Shown: piece by piece, positions 1 through 9,550 of the stretch
Layout of the letters: every line of letters starts with the position of its first letter
Position numbering within the stretch: the first letter of the stretch is position 1
DNA from: a virus
Length of the DNA stretch: 64,000 nucleotides
Reading direction: 5' to 3' (one strand)
IMG/VR virus record: IMGVR_UViG_3300021479_000010
Location: 32,207-96,206 of that record
Program-made: the position numbers and the translations under genes
Notes under the pieces: generated by a model
Databases searched by the model: none
Told to the model about the DNA's origin: nothing
The model's input: only the letters and a program-made list of their open reading frames with translations

Positions 1-212
1 ATCGGCCAATAATTGCGGGTTCCTTGATCCGTCTTTAGGACGACGCCAACGATGTAATCGCCGCGCAATACATCTAATCCCGAGGTCTCCAAATCGAGGG
101 ATAACCAGCGGCACCCCGCAAATGAAGGGAATTCAACTGGCGGACGATATTCTACGGTTGTATAGGTAGGGATATGCCTGATAGGAAAATCTGGGAAGAG
201 AAGTTCGGTCAT
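1..212 (-). CDS. Family-A DNA polymerase, N-terminal 3'-5' exonuclease region (partial, runs off the window)
   Basis: Manual translation from ATG at 212: MTELLFPDFPIRHIPTYTTVEYRPPVEFPSFAGCRWLSLDLETSGLDVLRGDYIVGVVLKTDQGTRNYWP; DLETSGLD is an ExoI motif typical of phage PolA. Confidence 0.75.
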   Translation of the reverse strand, partial: MTELLFPDFPIRHIPTYTTVEYRPPVEFPSFAGCRWLSLDLETSGLDVLRGDYIVGVVLKTDQGTRNYWP

Positions 213-232
213 TCAAACCTATTTGTTCATCC

Positions 233-631
233 CTAGTTAATAAGGTTCTGTCTCAAATGAGGACACTCACCGTAAAACTGCTTAGATTGATTGCAGTTAT
301 GGCACAATAAGCGGTATCGATCCTTTGGCCAACCATTCTTTTTCAGGAAGCGGTAAGTTCCGTGAGTTTTTCCGACCCGTTTCCGATGTTCGTGGCCATC
401 ATCAAAAATATGATCCAGACACAAAAACTCCTCTTCAGTAATATTGCACCCTCCCGGACATTGGCACTTGTGACCGTAAGCTATTAACATTTCTTCCCGC
501 AGAGCATCTCGATATCTTTTATGGCTGTCTATGCATTTCTGACATCTGGCTTTTCTCTTAGAAACCGTCACACCGCCGCAGGCACACAACCCCTTGGCTC
601 TGTTCTTCTGGGCCGTTGTTTGCTTCTTCAA
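233..631 (-). CDS. HNH-type endonuclease
   Basis: CQCPGGC...LCLDHIFDDG...LLCHNCN motif. Confidence 0.7.
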   Translation of the reverse strand: MKKQTTAQKNRAKGLCACGGVTVSKRKARCQKCIDSHKRYRDALREEMLIAYGHKCQCPGGCNITEEEFLCLDHIFDDGHEHRKRVGKTHGTYRFLKKNGWPKDRYRLLCHNCNQSKQFYGECPHLRQNLIN

Positions 632-674
632 ACGTATTCATTCTTTCTCCTCCAAACTTTACAAATTGCCTGAG

Positions 675-920
675 TTAAACTAGTTCTCCCAAAACGCGCC
701 GCGCATACCGTCTGCGAGAATCATCGCTATTCATGTCTGCCATCTGCCGCAAAAGTTTATCGCGGCTCTCTGGAGTAGCTTTTTCAACTAGCTCGCAATC
801 CTCAAGATGCGCCATTCCTTCTGGCCAGCCGCACCAACTTAAGTATCGGCCTTCAACGAAGGCTGTGACCCATCTTTCGCCGCTCGGTCTATGGAAAACA
901 ACGTCTCCTGTCTGAATCAT
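675..920 (-). CDS. Hypothetical protein
   Basis: 81-aa ORF bounded by junction sites on both sides; ends ELV* inside the repeat arm. Confidence 0.7.
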   Translation of the reverse strand: MIQTGDVVFHRPSGERWVTAFVEGRYLSWCGWPEGMAHLEDCELVEKATPESRDKLLRQMADMNSDDSRRRYARRVLGELV

Positions 921-946
921 AAACTTTATTAACTCCGCTGATTAAA

Positions 947-1309
947 CTAGATTTGCTCACTAACAGTTTCTGCTTTAGCGAGCATTTTCGCTTTACCATC
1001 CAATAAACAAACACGAACCCAATCATCGTCCAATTTGCCGTCACTGACGGCCATGCGGATCGGTTGCAGGGGTTGTCCGAATGTGGACAATTCCAGATAA
1101 ATGTCCGCGCCGCTGGCAATGGCCTGCCGGGCATTTTCATTCAAAGTCCAGCGGGAAATTACCCGCCGTTCTGGTCCTTCCGATACTAGCGAGCGAAGCG
1201 GTAAATACTCTGGTTGATCTGCGGCATAGACAACTTCTTCCGATTCCATGCCATCGACTACGGGACCATTCTTGATTGTTAGATAATTCCACATTCGTAT
1301 TACCCTCAT
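947..1309 (-). CDS. Hypothetical phage protein
   Basis: 120-aa ORF (ADQPEYLPL...ISRWTL); TAG stop lies inside the repeat arm. Confidence 0.7.
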   Translation of the reverse strand: MRVIRMWNYLTIKNGPVVDGMESEEVVYAADQPEYLPLRSLVSEGPERRVISRWTLNENARQAIASGADIYLELSTFGQPLQPIRMAVSDGKLDDDWVRVCLLDGKAKMLAKAETVSEQI

Positions 1310-1313
1310 TAAA

Positions 1314-1475
1314 TCATCTATTGTCTTTCTTGGTTAAACTAGTATCGTGCCATTTGTCCTGACATGGATCATACAGTGTCGGGCCGCCGTATTCGTGGCA
1401 GATATCATCCGCCACAAGCTTGCGAAGTTCTGGACGGTTGCTGTCGCAAGTCGGACATTTGTCTGGAATAGTCAT
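1314..1475 (-). CDS. Small Cys-containing hypothetical protein (53 aa)
   Basis: Manual translation MTIPDKCPTCDSNRPELRKLVADDICHEYGGPTLYDPCQDKWHDTSLTKKDNR; flanked by two junction sites. Confidence 0.55.
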   Translation of the reverse strand: MTIPDKCPTCDSNRPELRKLVADDICHEYGGPTLYDPCQDKWHDTSLTKKDNR

Positions 1476-1495
1476 TAAATCATCAATTGTCCTTC

Positions 1496-1774
1496 TTAGT
1501 TAACCAAGCTTTTCTTCTCATCTGGCGCGGCCAATTTAAGCACGTTTACAACCCCACCGATTGCTGGAACAATAGTTTGTAATTCCACCTTTACTAAAAT
1601 ACATGCGGGGTTCTCGACACCCTTTGGTGATCCAGATACGGACAGCCCCTTAACGATAGAACCATCCTCAATTCGAGTTATTACACCCACAACAAAATCA
1701 GACTTAATATTTACAACGGAACCGATTTCAAGTATATTTCCTAATAAGTCTACTATTTTCATCGTTGATTCCAT
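1496..1774 (-). CDS. Hypothetical protein
   Basis: 92-aa ORF co-oriented with its neighbours; ends in a junction site. Confidence 0.65.
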   Translation of the reverse strand: MESTMKIVDLLGNILEIGSVVNIKSDFVVGVITRIEDGSIVKGLSVSGSPKGVENPACILVKVELQTIVPAIGGVVNVLKLAAPDEKKSLVN

Positions 1775-2274
1775 TGCCTTCCTTTTGCAGCCATGTCTTT
1801 CATATTATCTTGATGAGTTCCAAGAAATAAATGATCTATATTTACACATGCTCGATTATCGCATTTATGGAGAACATACCAACTTTCTGGCCATTTTCCA
1901 TTGTGCAAGAACCATGAAACTCGCGGAGCTGAGATTATTTTTCTATCTCGATGAAAACTACCATACCCACTGCTATTGATTGCGCCTGTCCATGTCCAGC
2001 AAGGACCGATCTCCGCACAATGAGATGGGATTGGTCCATTTTTATCTACCTTTTCCCAAAATGCCTGCTCAATAGATTTCTTAGGTTCTAGCCTTAAACA
2101 TCCGCAAGATTTGCTATTCTTCATCAAAGATTCGTGTGAAACTTCTTTTTCTACTCCGCAGTCGCAAATGCACCAATAGAACTTGCTTTTCCTTGGTGAA
2201 GGCCGCCTAGTTATTCGTATTACCAACCATCGACCGATTCTTCGTCCTGATAAATCTTTGAATATATTTGGCAT
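1759..2274 (-). CDS. HNH homing endonuclease
   Basis: N-terminal CICDCG...SCGC domain; CWTWTG..GYG; VLHKCDNRACVNIDHL. Confidence 0.9.
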   Translation of the reverse strand: MPNIFKDLSGRRIGRWLVIRITRRPSPRKSKFYWCICDCGVEKEVSHESLMKNSKSCGCLRLEPKKSIEQAFWEKVDKNGPIPSHCAEIGPCWTWTGAINSSGYGSFHRDRKIISAPRVSWFLHNGKWPESWYVLHKCDNRACVNIDHLFLGTHQDNMKDMAAKGRQWNQR

Positions 2275-2304
2275 ATGCGTATTTCATTGAGTTCTATAAT
2301 CTAA

Positions 2305-3108
2305 CTAGATTTTGCCCGACGGACTCGGAAAAGCTTGGCCATAATAATATGCGGCCATCGTCGCCTTTGTAGCCGTTATATTTCCTGACAAAGCCAACTG
2401 CGGCTTTGGAGTCGGCTTTACCGTAATTGCGGGGACTTGATAGATGTGTGCAAGCTTCGCCGCAACCCCGCCATTATTAACAAGCGACTTCGGATAAGCA
2501 TATTGTGCGCGGTAGCCATGTTCGTGCTCAATTACGCGGCCCCACAAATAGACTTCCCCGTAAACACGAAGATCATCGGTAGGAGCGTTCTCGCCATGCT
2601 CCGTGTCTGCTTGTGACTTATAGGCGTAGATACCGCATACGCAATGAACACCTTTACAAATAGCGCCCTGCCCCGCAGGATCAGCAATAGACGGTCCTTT
2701 CGGAATCTTGCATTCCGCGCATAGTTTCTCAAGCGGTTTCCATTCTGTACGATTGTTGGACAGCAATTTGTCTGCAAATACCGGGACGCTCCATCGTCGC
2801 CAGCCAATAATAGGACTGACTAGTGTTTCTTGCGGCTTCGGCAATTTGCGGGGCGTCGGTTCGGCGAGTCCCGTAGACCAGGGATACGCATTCGTGGTCA
2901 GACCCGTAATACTTTGGATGTTACATACATGAGTATTGGGCGTGGTATAGCTCGTCCCGCATAGTACACACATGTATGTAGTTGACGGCATGGCCATATT
3001 AGTCGCCTCCGGCGGGGACAGGTTCTTCGATTCGCTTCGGAGTTTCTGTAGGAATTTCTTCCACATCTGGAATGCTCCTTCCGGGCAGTGGTTCGTACAA
3101 CGGCTCAA
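2305..3108 (-). CDS. Hypothetical phage protein (true start probably downstream, near 2998)
   Basis: Conserved-looking core GWRRW...CVCGIYAY...VYGEVYLWGRVIEHEHGYRAQYAYP. Confidence 0.65.
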   Translation of the reverse strand: MSRCTNHCPEGAFQMWKKFLQKLRSESKNLSPPEATNMAMPSTTYMCVLCGTSYTTPNTHVCNIQSITGLTTNAYPWSTGLAEPTPRKLPKPQETLVSPIIGWRRWSVPVFADKLLSNNRTEWKPLEKLCAECKIPKGPSIADPAGQGAICKGVHCVCGIYAYKSQADTEHGENAPTDDLRVYGEVYLWGRVIEHEHGYRAQYAYPKSLVNNGGVAAKLAHIYQVPAITVKPTPKPQLALSGNITATKATMAAYYYGQAFPSPSGKI

Positions 3109-3318
3109 CTGTAAATAATCCTCAACGGGTCGCCAATTTGTGCCATAAGGTCTTTAGAATCTACGGGGTCCGTGGTTGCGAACCCCGCAATTCGGGAGAG
3201 ACTCCTTTCCATAGATTATACTACAAGTTCAAAATCTTCGCAATTCTTAAAACGAGCCTCGCAATTTGATAGAACATATTTATTGCCCAAGCCAGCGCGA
3301 CGGCCATCGCGTTTCTCC

Positions 3319-4932
3319 TTAATTTATATTAGCTCCGCTATTCGAAATGTAATTATTCATCGGCCATTTATCATTTCCAGCCTTAGTTCCATTGCTCAAA
3401 ATGATATTTCCCGCAAACGAAGAATTGCCTGTCCAACAGCCGGGCACGAGCGTGGAATAATTCGCTTCAACTGTTGTTGCACAGTTGTTAACTCCGCCGC
3501 CTGTACTCCAAACAGGATATGTCCCCGCAGAAACGATATTGTTCGTAAAATTGATGTCCGATGTTTGCGCAACACCGAGAGCGTTATTCGCCGGGGGTCC
3601 ACCGATCAGAAGGAACCCGTGTCCGGTTGATCCCGCTTGCGGAGCCCATTGCGACAAGAACAACGAATTGTGATCGAATGAGACATCGTGCATAACAACC
3701 GGCGTGGATACGGGGTCGTACAGAGACGAAATCTGCATTAGGAAATTACCGGGAGTATTTTCACCTGTAAACTGTAAATCCGCGAATACATTGTCATGAA
3801 TCGAATAACCGTAACAAGCAGCAGGCCACGCGCCGTTATCACTTTTCCCGCACGCAACTTGCATTGCGTTTGAAGTATGCGAGATTCGGTTAAATCGGAC
3901 AGTTACATCGGTAACCGCGCAGATCGGACAAGTACCAGGATTTTTGGCTGTAAGTAGTATTGCAAATCCGTTTTGAGTGTAGCCTGCCCACGCGCCGCGC
4001 ATTATGTTGTTCGCAACCAAACAGCGGACACAGTTCTTCATCTCCACTATATTCTTTACAATCCATGCACACTTTCCACCGGGACATTTGCTATTAACAG
4101 ATGCGGGGACAAATGATGGGTCGCCGGGGTTCCACGAATCTGGCTTATTGAAGGTATTGTTCGTAATCGTAACATCGGTCGGATTGAATGTCGCAGTTCC
4201 ACCACCTGCAAGGATGTTCTCGCCAGATGCCTCGATAAAGTTGTTGTCGATGAGAATGTTGTGATCCTGAACGATTGTACTTAGCCCGAAGTTAATACCT
4301 TGAGCATCCCCGCAAGTTCCTACAATTGCGAGACAATGAAACCCCGCAAGATAGCTATTGATAATACCTATGTTATAAGCATTACTTAGCTCAAAACCCC
4401 GCACAGTTTCATCTTGACCATTCCCATGAATATAGCTTCGGTCAAATATGAGATCGTGAGCGCCCGAGCCGGGCGTTACGAGATTGTAAACCACCCCCGA
4501 CCCCGTAGTTCTAAGAATCTCAAATCCTACAATGCGGACGAATGCTCCGCCATGAATCCCCGCACCCGAGGAGTTAATAACAATCTTTGGCAGGGAGTAT
4601 TGCAGGGGATTCAGCCGCGTACCCTCAACGGGCAATACGCCAGATGACCAAATTGTAATCCAATGCTGGGCGTCGCAGTTCAATGTCGTGGGAAGCTGTA
4701 GAGTTCCTGTCCAAACATTTGCGGGGTCCACTAGGAATGTATCGCCGCACACTGCACCATTCAGTGCTGCTTGCAGGTTATCGGTCGGTCCTACGATCTT
4801 AGGAGCATTTGGAGACGGTGTGTTGGCAACCGATGTCGCCATAGTTGTTCGAGGAAGTTCGGCGGGGCCATCGTATGTCGATTGTCCATATGCGGACAAA
4901 GCCGCGCAAATTAAGAATAAGGGAAGCTTCAT
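3319..4932 (-). CDS. Secreted right-handed beta-helix (pectin-lyase-like) protein
   Basis: Signal peptide MKLPLFLICAALSAYG; DNLQAALNGAVCGDT start; repeated ITNNTF/IDNNFI/VRFNRI beta-helix coils. Confidence 0.75.
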   Translation of the reverse strand: MKLPLFLICAALSAYGQSTYDGPAELPRTTMATSVANTPSPNAPKIVGPTDNLQAALNGAVCGDTFLVDPANVWTGTLQLPTTLNCDAQHWITIWSSGVLPVEGTRLNPLQYSLPKIVINSSGAGIHGGAFVRIVGFEILRTTGSGVVYNLVTPGSGAHDLIFDRSYIHGNGQDETVRGFELSNAYNIGIINSYLAGFHCLAIVGTCGDAQGINFGLSTIVQDHNILIDNNFIEASGENILAGGGTATFNPTDVTITNNTFNKPDSWNPGDPSFVPASVNSKCPGGKCAWIVKNIVEMKNCVRCLVANNIMRGAWAGYTQNGFAILLTAKNPGTCPICAVTDVTVRFNRISHTSNAMQVACGKSDNGAWPAACYGYSIHDNVFADLQFTGENTPGNFLMQISSLYDPVSTPVVMHDVSFDHNSLFLSQWAPQAGSTGHGFLLIGGPPANNALGVAQTSDINFTNNIVSAGTYPVWSTGGGVNNCATTVEANYSTLVPGCWTGNSSFAGNIILSNGTKAGNDKWPMNNYISNSGANIN

Positions 4933-5231
4933 TTCTTGTCCTCAATGTCGCCCAGATTTTTAGACGAAGTAGCGGCAACGTCGAGTTGAACTAAATTTGG
5001 CCTAGTAAGACTCAGCTCCATAGCTGTAGTTTCTGGTTTGATAGACGTGCAACCGATTAAAAAGCTAATGTTCGCATCTGGGCAAGTCATCTGTCCGTCT
5101 TTCGCCGAGCACTTGCCGAAGCTGTGAATTACCATGCGGGACATACAAGGTAACGGGATGTATTGAGTAGGTTTCTTTTCCGTCGCCCCGCAAATTGTTG
5201 AAAGCAAAAGAATTAAGCTGCAAGTTCGCAT
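4929..5231 (-). CDS. Small secreted Cys-rich hypothetical protein
   Basis: MRTCSLILLLSTICG signal-like N-terminus; stop overlaps the start of the beta-helix gene. Confidence 0.55.
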   Translation of the reverse strand: MRTCSLILLLSTICGATEKKPTQYIPLPCMSRMVIHSFGKCSAKDGQMTCPDANISFLIGCTSIKPETTAMELSLTRPNLVQLDVAATSSKNLGDIEDKK

Positions 5232-5524
5232 TTGTTCTCCATCGGTGCCCCGCACATTATACAATAACTCGGTCCATTGTCGCAAGAAAATACCCTTCGG
5301 CCAATCTGATCGCGGAGTAACCATACAATCCGCACACGCACGCAATAGCGGTTAGGGTCTATGCCCAACTTCAAGCTGATACGATGTAGATGCTGTTTCA
5401 CTGTGTTCTGGCAGATACCGAAGCGCTCGGCCAATTCTCTATTGCCGAGGCCCTCCATTAATGCAAGTATAACTTTATTTTCCTGTCGCGTAAAGTTCAT
5501 TGTCGCCTTCAGTATTCTAGCCAA
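5213..5524 (-). CDS. LuxR/GerE-family HTH regulator
   Basis: FTRQENKVILALMEGLGNRELAERFGICQNTVKQHLHRISLKLG; probable start at 5500. Confidence 0.85.
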   Translation of the reverse strand: MARILKATMNFTRQENKVILALMEGLGNRELAERFGICQNTVKQHLHRISLKLGIDPNRYCVRVRIVWLLRDQIGRRVFSCDNGPSYCIMCGAPMENKCELAA

Positions 5525-5736
5525 AGTTCCACAGATTCGTGTTTCTCAATGGCCTCCAATAATTCCAGAGCGCCTTCAATGTTGGCATCAGCCAATCCTT
5601 GTAAATATGGTACTTGGTTTCGCCCGAAAGTTTGCCGATGTTCAAGGCCATATCTGTCACGCAGTACGAACTTGAGAGCATCCGGCAGTGATTCAGCCGG
5701 GCGTTTGGCGGGCTCCCACATCAAATTTGCGCTCAT
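5509..5736 (-). CDS. Hypothetical protein
   Basis: 75-aa ORF with GGAGG RBS. Confidence 0.7.
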   Translation of the reverse strand: MSANLMWEPAKRPAESLPDALKFVLRDRYGLEHRQTFGRNQVPYLQGLADANIEGALELLEAIEKHESVELWLEY

Positions 5737-6382
5737 AGCTCCTCCATTTGTCCAGATACGGACAGCTCCCGCCCCGCAATATCGTATCTGCGTATCCGTA
5801 TAACCCTTCGGTCAAGTTCCTGCTTTACAGCTTCGGTATGCTGGTGATTCAGCCACGCAAATAAAAGTAACTCTTGTAATTCCATACCAGGGCGCAATTT
5901 GATGATTAGCATATGCGCGGCCCTCCAAGCCGCCCCGTATAATCTGGTTTAACTAATTGAATCTAACAAGTTTTGAACGCTCTCCAAGTCGTCGCGCCAG
6001 TCGGGTGCTTGTTCTTCTCAGAAACACCAAGGATCACAGTCTTCGGCATATTTTGCCCAACCCCGCATAGTTTTGACTGCATCGACAAGCTTTGTGATTT
6101 GTTCGTCTTTCGTCATTGTCGCCCCGCATCTTAGAAAACTGTTCGGTCAAGTATACCAAATGTCGCCCAAACTTCTGTGATTGTCAAGCTTAAATTAGTC
6201 CTCTCGCTTCGCTTTTCGTACAGCTTCTTCGGCAGCCTGCCATAGGGGACCGCTGTACTTCAATTCACAATAGTGATTAAGGAGATTCTCTAGTGCCCTG
6301 AGCAAGTCAGGAGCCGCATCTCGGATGTGATCCTCTTGTCGTTCGGCTTTGTATACCATTAAACGCCTCCAAACTTTATTGT

Positions 6383-6835
6383 CTAGATAACTCTATCAGG
6401 TTCTCCGAGTAGCGTTCTTTCCTCTAGCAGTTCGGCTAATCGTCGCTCAGAGAATTTAATATGTGATCGCAAATCTTCAATTTTCCAATCTAATTGTCGC
6501 AAGTGTCTCTGTTTATTAGGCTTAGCGTCCTTTCGTACCCACCATTGTTCGCTGATTCCACCGATAGGGACGTGAATTACATCGCAGTCGTCGTATCGGT
6601 CGCATTCGTCTCGGTCAGTTTTGCGGAAATCATCCAAGCAACCAAGGAATTCCGCTTCGGCTAGTTTTTCCAAAGATACGCCATCCATCGAAGGATCACG
6701 CCAATAGGTATCAGTTCCGAATAAGCCATATCCTCTGTCTTGGATGATGGCTAATCCGTGCCGACACCACGCGCCGGATGAGTATCGGAAAATCATGTTC
6801 GGTCTAATGTCGCTGAGGTTCATGTCGCCCCGCAA
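6383..6835 (-). CDS. Hypothetical protein
   Basis: 150-aa ORF with C-terminal coiled coil; ends in a junction site. Confidence 0.65.
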   Translation of the reverse strand: MRGDMNLSDIRPNMIFRYSSGAWCRHGLAIIQDRGYGLFGTDTYWRDPSMDGVSLEKLAEAEFLGCLDDFRKTDRDECDRYDDCDVIHVPIGGISEQWWVRKDAKPNKQRHLRQLDWKIEDLRSHIKFSERRLAELLEERTLLGEPDRVI

Positions 6836-7028
6836 TTGTAAATATGGTTCGGTCAGTTATGAGGTTTGCGGGGCGCGGTCAGCCCATACGCATGTGTACA
6901 AAGCTGGCAAGTGTGCCATTGCTCCTCCGGCTTGCCTTGCTTGTCAGTGTATCGGCTTGCGCCACAATCGCAAATCTCAATATTGCGCGAGTCGCCTATG
7001 CTTGTGTGGTGCGGCTTATGTTTGTGCA

Positions 7029-7520
7029 TTAGGCTATCTCGCTTTCTTTCATTAGTTTAGCATAATCGAAAGACTTTACGGCCTCGCGCCATTTGTTGCT
7101 AAGTTCCTTACGGGCAATCCAACCGATTACTTCGGCCATTGCAGCGGTCTGCCGCGCAACCAAGAAAAGACTTGCCTTGGGCATCTCAGGAAGGCTAGCA
7201 CCGAATGTCGCCTGGGACATTAGAATGAGTTTGGCAGCTTGGCCGACTGAGAATGATGCGCGGCGTTCGCCTCTGTGTTGCCTTTCGTTGGCCGTCTCCT
7301 GCCCTAATAGCTTGGCTAAATCATCGTGCCAGCTAACATCCTGCGCGAAGTCGCGCAAGCACACGCCGTCATCGTTCGGCCCCGCAGCTTTATATGCGCG
7401 GTCAATCGCTTCGCGGAAGTCACACCAGAGAGTATCAATTTGCTGTTTCGTTTTGGTCATTGTCGCCTCGTTTTTAACGTCCTGTCCGGACGAATTGTAA
7501 ACCTGTTTGATCATGCCCAT
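7029..7520 (-). CDS. Hypothetical protein
   Basis: 163-aa ORF in the leftward early cluster. Confidence 0.6.
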   Translation of the reverse strand: MGMIKQVYNSSGQDVKNEATMTKTKQQIDTLWCDFREAIDRAYKAAGPNDDGVCLRDFAQDVSWHDDLAKLLGQETANERQHRGERRASFSVGQAAKLILMSQATFGASLPEMPKASLFLVARQTAAMAEVIGWIARKELSNKWREAVKSFDYAKLMKESEIA

Positions 7521-7834
7521 TAATTAAGTTTCGGTTCGCTGTATGGTTCGATGTTAATGATATTGTACCACGCAAAGGTGATTAGGTCGCCCCACTCCAT
7601 AGGCAGAAACAGCGGAGTATTGCGAAGGAATCCCGTATATTTGCCCTTACTGGCCGCGGTAACTTGGACCCACATACGCTCCCCGCCTTCGAATCCTTCC
7701 GCCTCAAATACAAGCTTGACCGATTGACCGGGCAAAATGTGCTTGCGGTCGTAATCGTTTGGCAGTTCGAAAGTAACAGCAGGAGCTATGGCGTAATCTA
7801 CGATTGTAATGTCGCTAGTCATTCTTGCCTCCAA
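7520..7834 (-). CDS. DUF2314-like protein
   Basis: GGERMWVQV...YTGFLRNTP motif. Confidence 0.6.
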   Translation of the reverse strand: MEARMTSDITIVDYAIAPAVTFELPNDYDRKHILPGQSVKLVFEAEGFEGGERMWVQVTAASKGKYTGFLRNTPLFLPMEWGDLITFAWYNIINIEPYSEPKLN

Positions 7835-7999
7835 TGTCGCTAGAACTGTTCGGTTTTGTCCGCTTCTGGATAACTGCGGAGCCGCGCATTGTCCACAATC
7901 CGAATCGTAGTCTCTAGCAATCTCTCTGGCTCCTCGTCATATTGCGCGGCTAGTCTATCACGTAATGCTTTCGTCGGCCATCCGTCCGCGTCGATTAGG

Positions 8000-8203
8000 T
8001 TAACCATTATCGGCCTCGATTCTAACCCGCGCAAGCTTCGCACGGAACGATGCATTCGGGCAGTTCTCGCGGTAGCATTTTAGCTGTGCTTTCATGTCGC
8101 GCCAGTTATCTTCTGAGACTTCATGCTCCCAGCCATAGCCGTAATTAGACCACATCTGCCATTCGTCGCGTGTCTTTCGAGTGTACGTCATGTTTTCCTC
8201 CAA
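8000..8203 (-). CDS. Hypothetical phage protein
   Basis: NYGYGWEHE..E...QLKCYRENCP; GGAGG RBS. Confidence 0.7.
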   Translation of the reverse strand: MEENMTYTRKTRDEWQMWSNYGYGWEHEVSEDNWRDMKAQLKCYRENCPNASFRAKLARVRIEADNG

Positions 8204-8248
8204 TGCAGATAGTATTGCATAACTGCGGGGCGCGTGTCAAGGCTTTTA

Positions 8249-8506
8249 TTAGCCTTGATTTTCAAGCACTTGCAAGGCTTCCCGCTCAATGTCGCTATCA
8301 AACTTAGCTAATTCCTCATCATCTGATAGCTGTCCAGATGCGGACGCCGCAGGAGCCGCGCAGTTCAAATGGAACAGCGGCGTTCCTTGCCAGTCCATAC
8401 TTACTAGGTCGCCATCGTTCATAGGTGCCCCGCAGTTCGGGCAAATGTCGCGGGAATACATGCGGTTTGCCCAGTTCAAATTACGGCGTGTTTCCCAAGT
8501 TTTCAT
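8249..8506 (-). CDS. Hypothetical zinc-ribbon protein
   Basis: CPNC...HLNC motif; RBS upstream. Confidence 0.6.
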   Translation of the reverse strand: MKTWETRRNLNWANRMYSRDICPNCGAPMNDGDLVSMDWQGTPLFHLNCAAPAASASGQLSDDEELAKFDSDIEREALQVLENQG

Positions 8507-8704
8507 TACAGTCTCCCTTCGTGGAACTGTGCAATAATCTCTTTCATGCGTGCTTCGGTGAGCCGCGCATCCGTCAAGAGAATCACGTATTCGACTAGAG
8601 TAAAGTACATGTCAGTATCCTCGCATATTCAGATTTGATTGTCAAGCATTATTTATGGTTGCAATCGAGTGGCCGCGCAATTATCATAGAGATGCGGGGA
8701 AAGC

Positions 8705-8734
8705 TTGACAATGGCGGTCATTCGGAGGCATAAT
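8705..8734 (+). promoter_or_regulatory. Sigma70-type promoter
   Basis: TTGACA-18-CATAAT, immediately followed by a 16-bp palindrome at 8738-8753. Confidence 0.55.
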
Positions 8735-8802
8735 CCGTGTTCAGATGCGGACAAAATCTGTCGATCCGCGCAAGTTGTTGAAAACAGGGCAAAAGAAAAT
8801 GC

Positions 8803-8831
8803 TTGACAAATTTCCCCGCATTCAGTAAGAT
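8803..8831 (+). promoter_or_regulatory. Sigma70-type early promoter
   Basis: TTGACA-17-TAAGAT upstream of GGAGG and ATG 8854. Confidence 0.7.
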
Positions 8832-8853
8832 ACTGACATTGGAGGAAAGCACA

Positions 8854-9024
8854 ATGAAGCTACTTGATATGCAAGGCAAGGTTTACTTCGCGGATCAAGC
8901 CCTTGACGTTGCGCGGCAGTTACAGGAATCTGATCCTGACTGGAAATATGAGGCCGAAATCAAAGGCGACTATGGCCGCGTCAATGTCTACGATGAGAAT
9001 GGCCAGTTGCTAGGTGCATTCTAG
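8854..9024 (+). CDS. Hypothetical protein
   Basis: GGAGG RBS; first gene of the rightward early arm; stop in a junction arm. Confidence 0.7.
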   Translation: MKLLDMQGKVYFADQALDVARQLQESDPDWKYEAEIKGDYGRVNVYDENGQLLGAF

Positions 9025-9062
9025 TTTGTTCAATCGAGTTAAACAAGAATCTTGGAGGAAAT

Positions 9063-9230
9063 ATGTGGAAACTTGGATACGAAGACGCGGTACAGTTCAA
9101 GCCCAGCATGTACGAAGACGGGCCAGTGAGCATTATCGGGATAGCTGCCTACGATTATCGCCAAGGATACAAGGCAGGCAATCGAGACCGCATCTGGGCA
9201 AACGGCAATCGTCCGCCACAAGCAAACTAG
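9063..9230 (+). CDS. Hypothetical protein (55 aa)
   Basis: Manual translation MWKLGYEDAVQFKPSMYEDGPVSIIGIAAYDYRQGYKAGNRDRIWANGNRPPQAN; GGAGG RBS; TAG stop in a junction arm. Confidence 0.65.
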   Translation: MWKLGYEDAVQFKPSMYEDGPVSIIGIAAYDYRQGYKAGNRDRIWANGNRPPQAN

Positions 9231-9254
9231 TTTGATGAGCGAGATTAAACCAGA

Positions 9255-9542
9255 ATGACAAACCAAGACTATCTCGATTCGCTTGATTCCATGTTCGGCG
9301 GTCCCGACGAGACCGTGATTGAATGCCGGACTACAAAGGTTGTAACCGTCCGCAAAGAGCATCTTTGCATGTGCCCGGCCCACACTCCGCTGCATACGAT
9401 CAAAGCCGGAGAACAGGCAGGCATGGAACGGGCTATCGCTGATGGGGCTTGGGGCACCTGTTACGTCTGCTTACCTTGTCTGGAATCGTGGGCAAGACAT
9501 TGTGACAAGCAAGAGGACTACTGCAATGCGAAACTAGTTTAA
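9255..9542 (+). CDS. Hypothetical Cys/His-rich protein
   Basis: HLCMC...CYVCLPC; ends KLV* in a junction arm. Confidence 0.7.
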   Translation: MTNQDYLDSLDSMFGGPDETVIECRTTKVVTVRKEHLCMCPAHTPLHTIKAGEQAGMERAIADGAWGTCYVCLPCLESWARHCDKQEDYCNAKLV

Positions 9543-9550
9543 GGAGCCTT

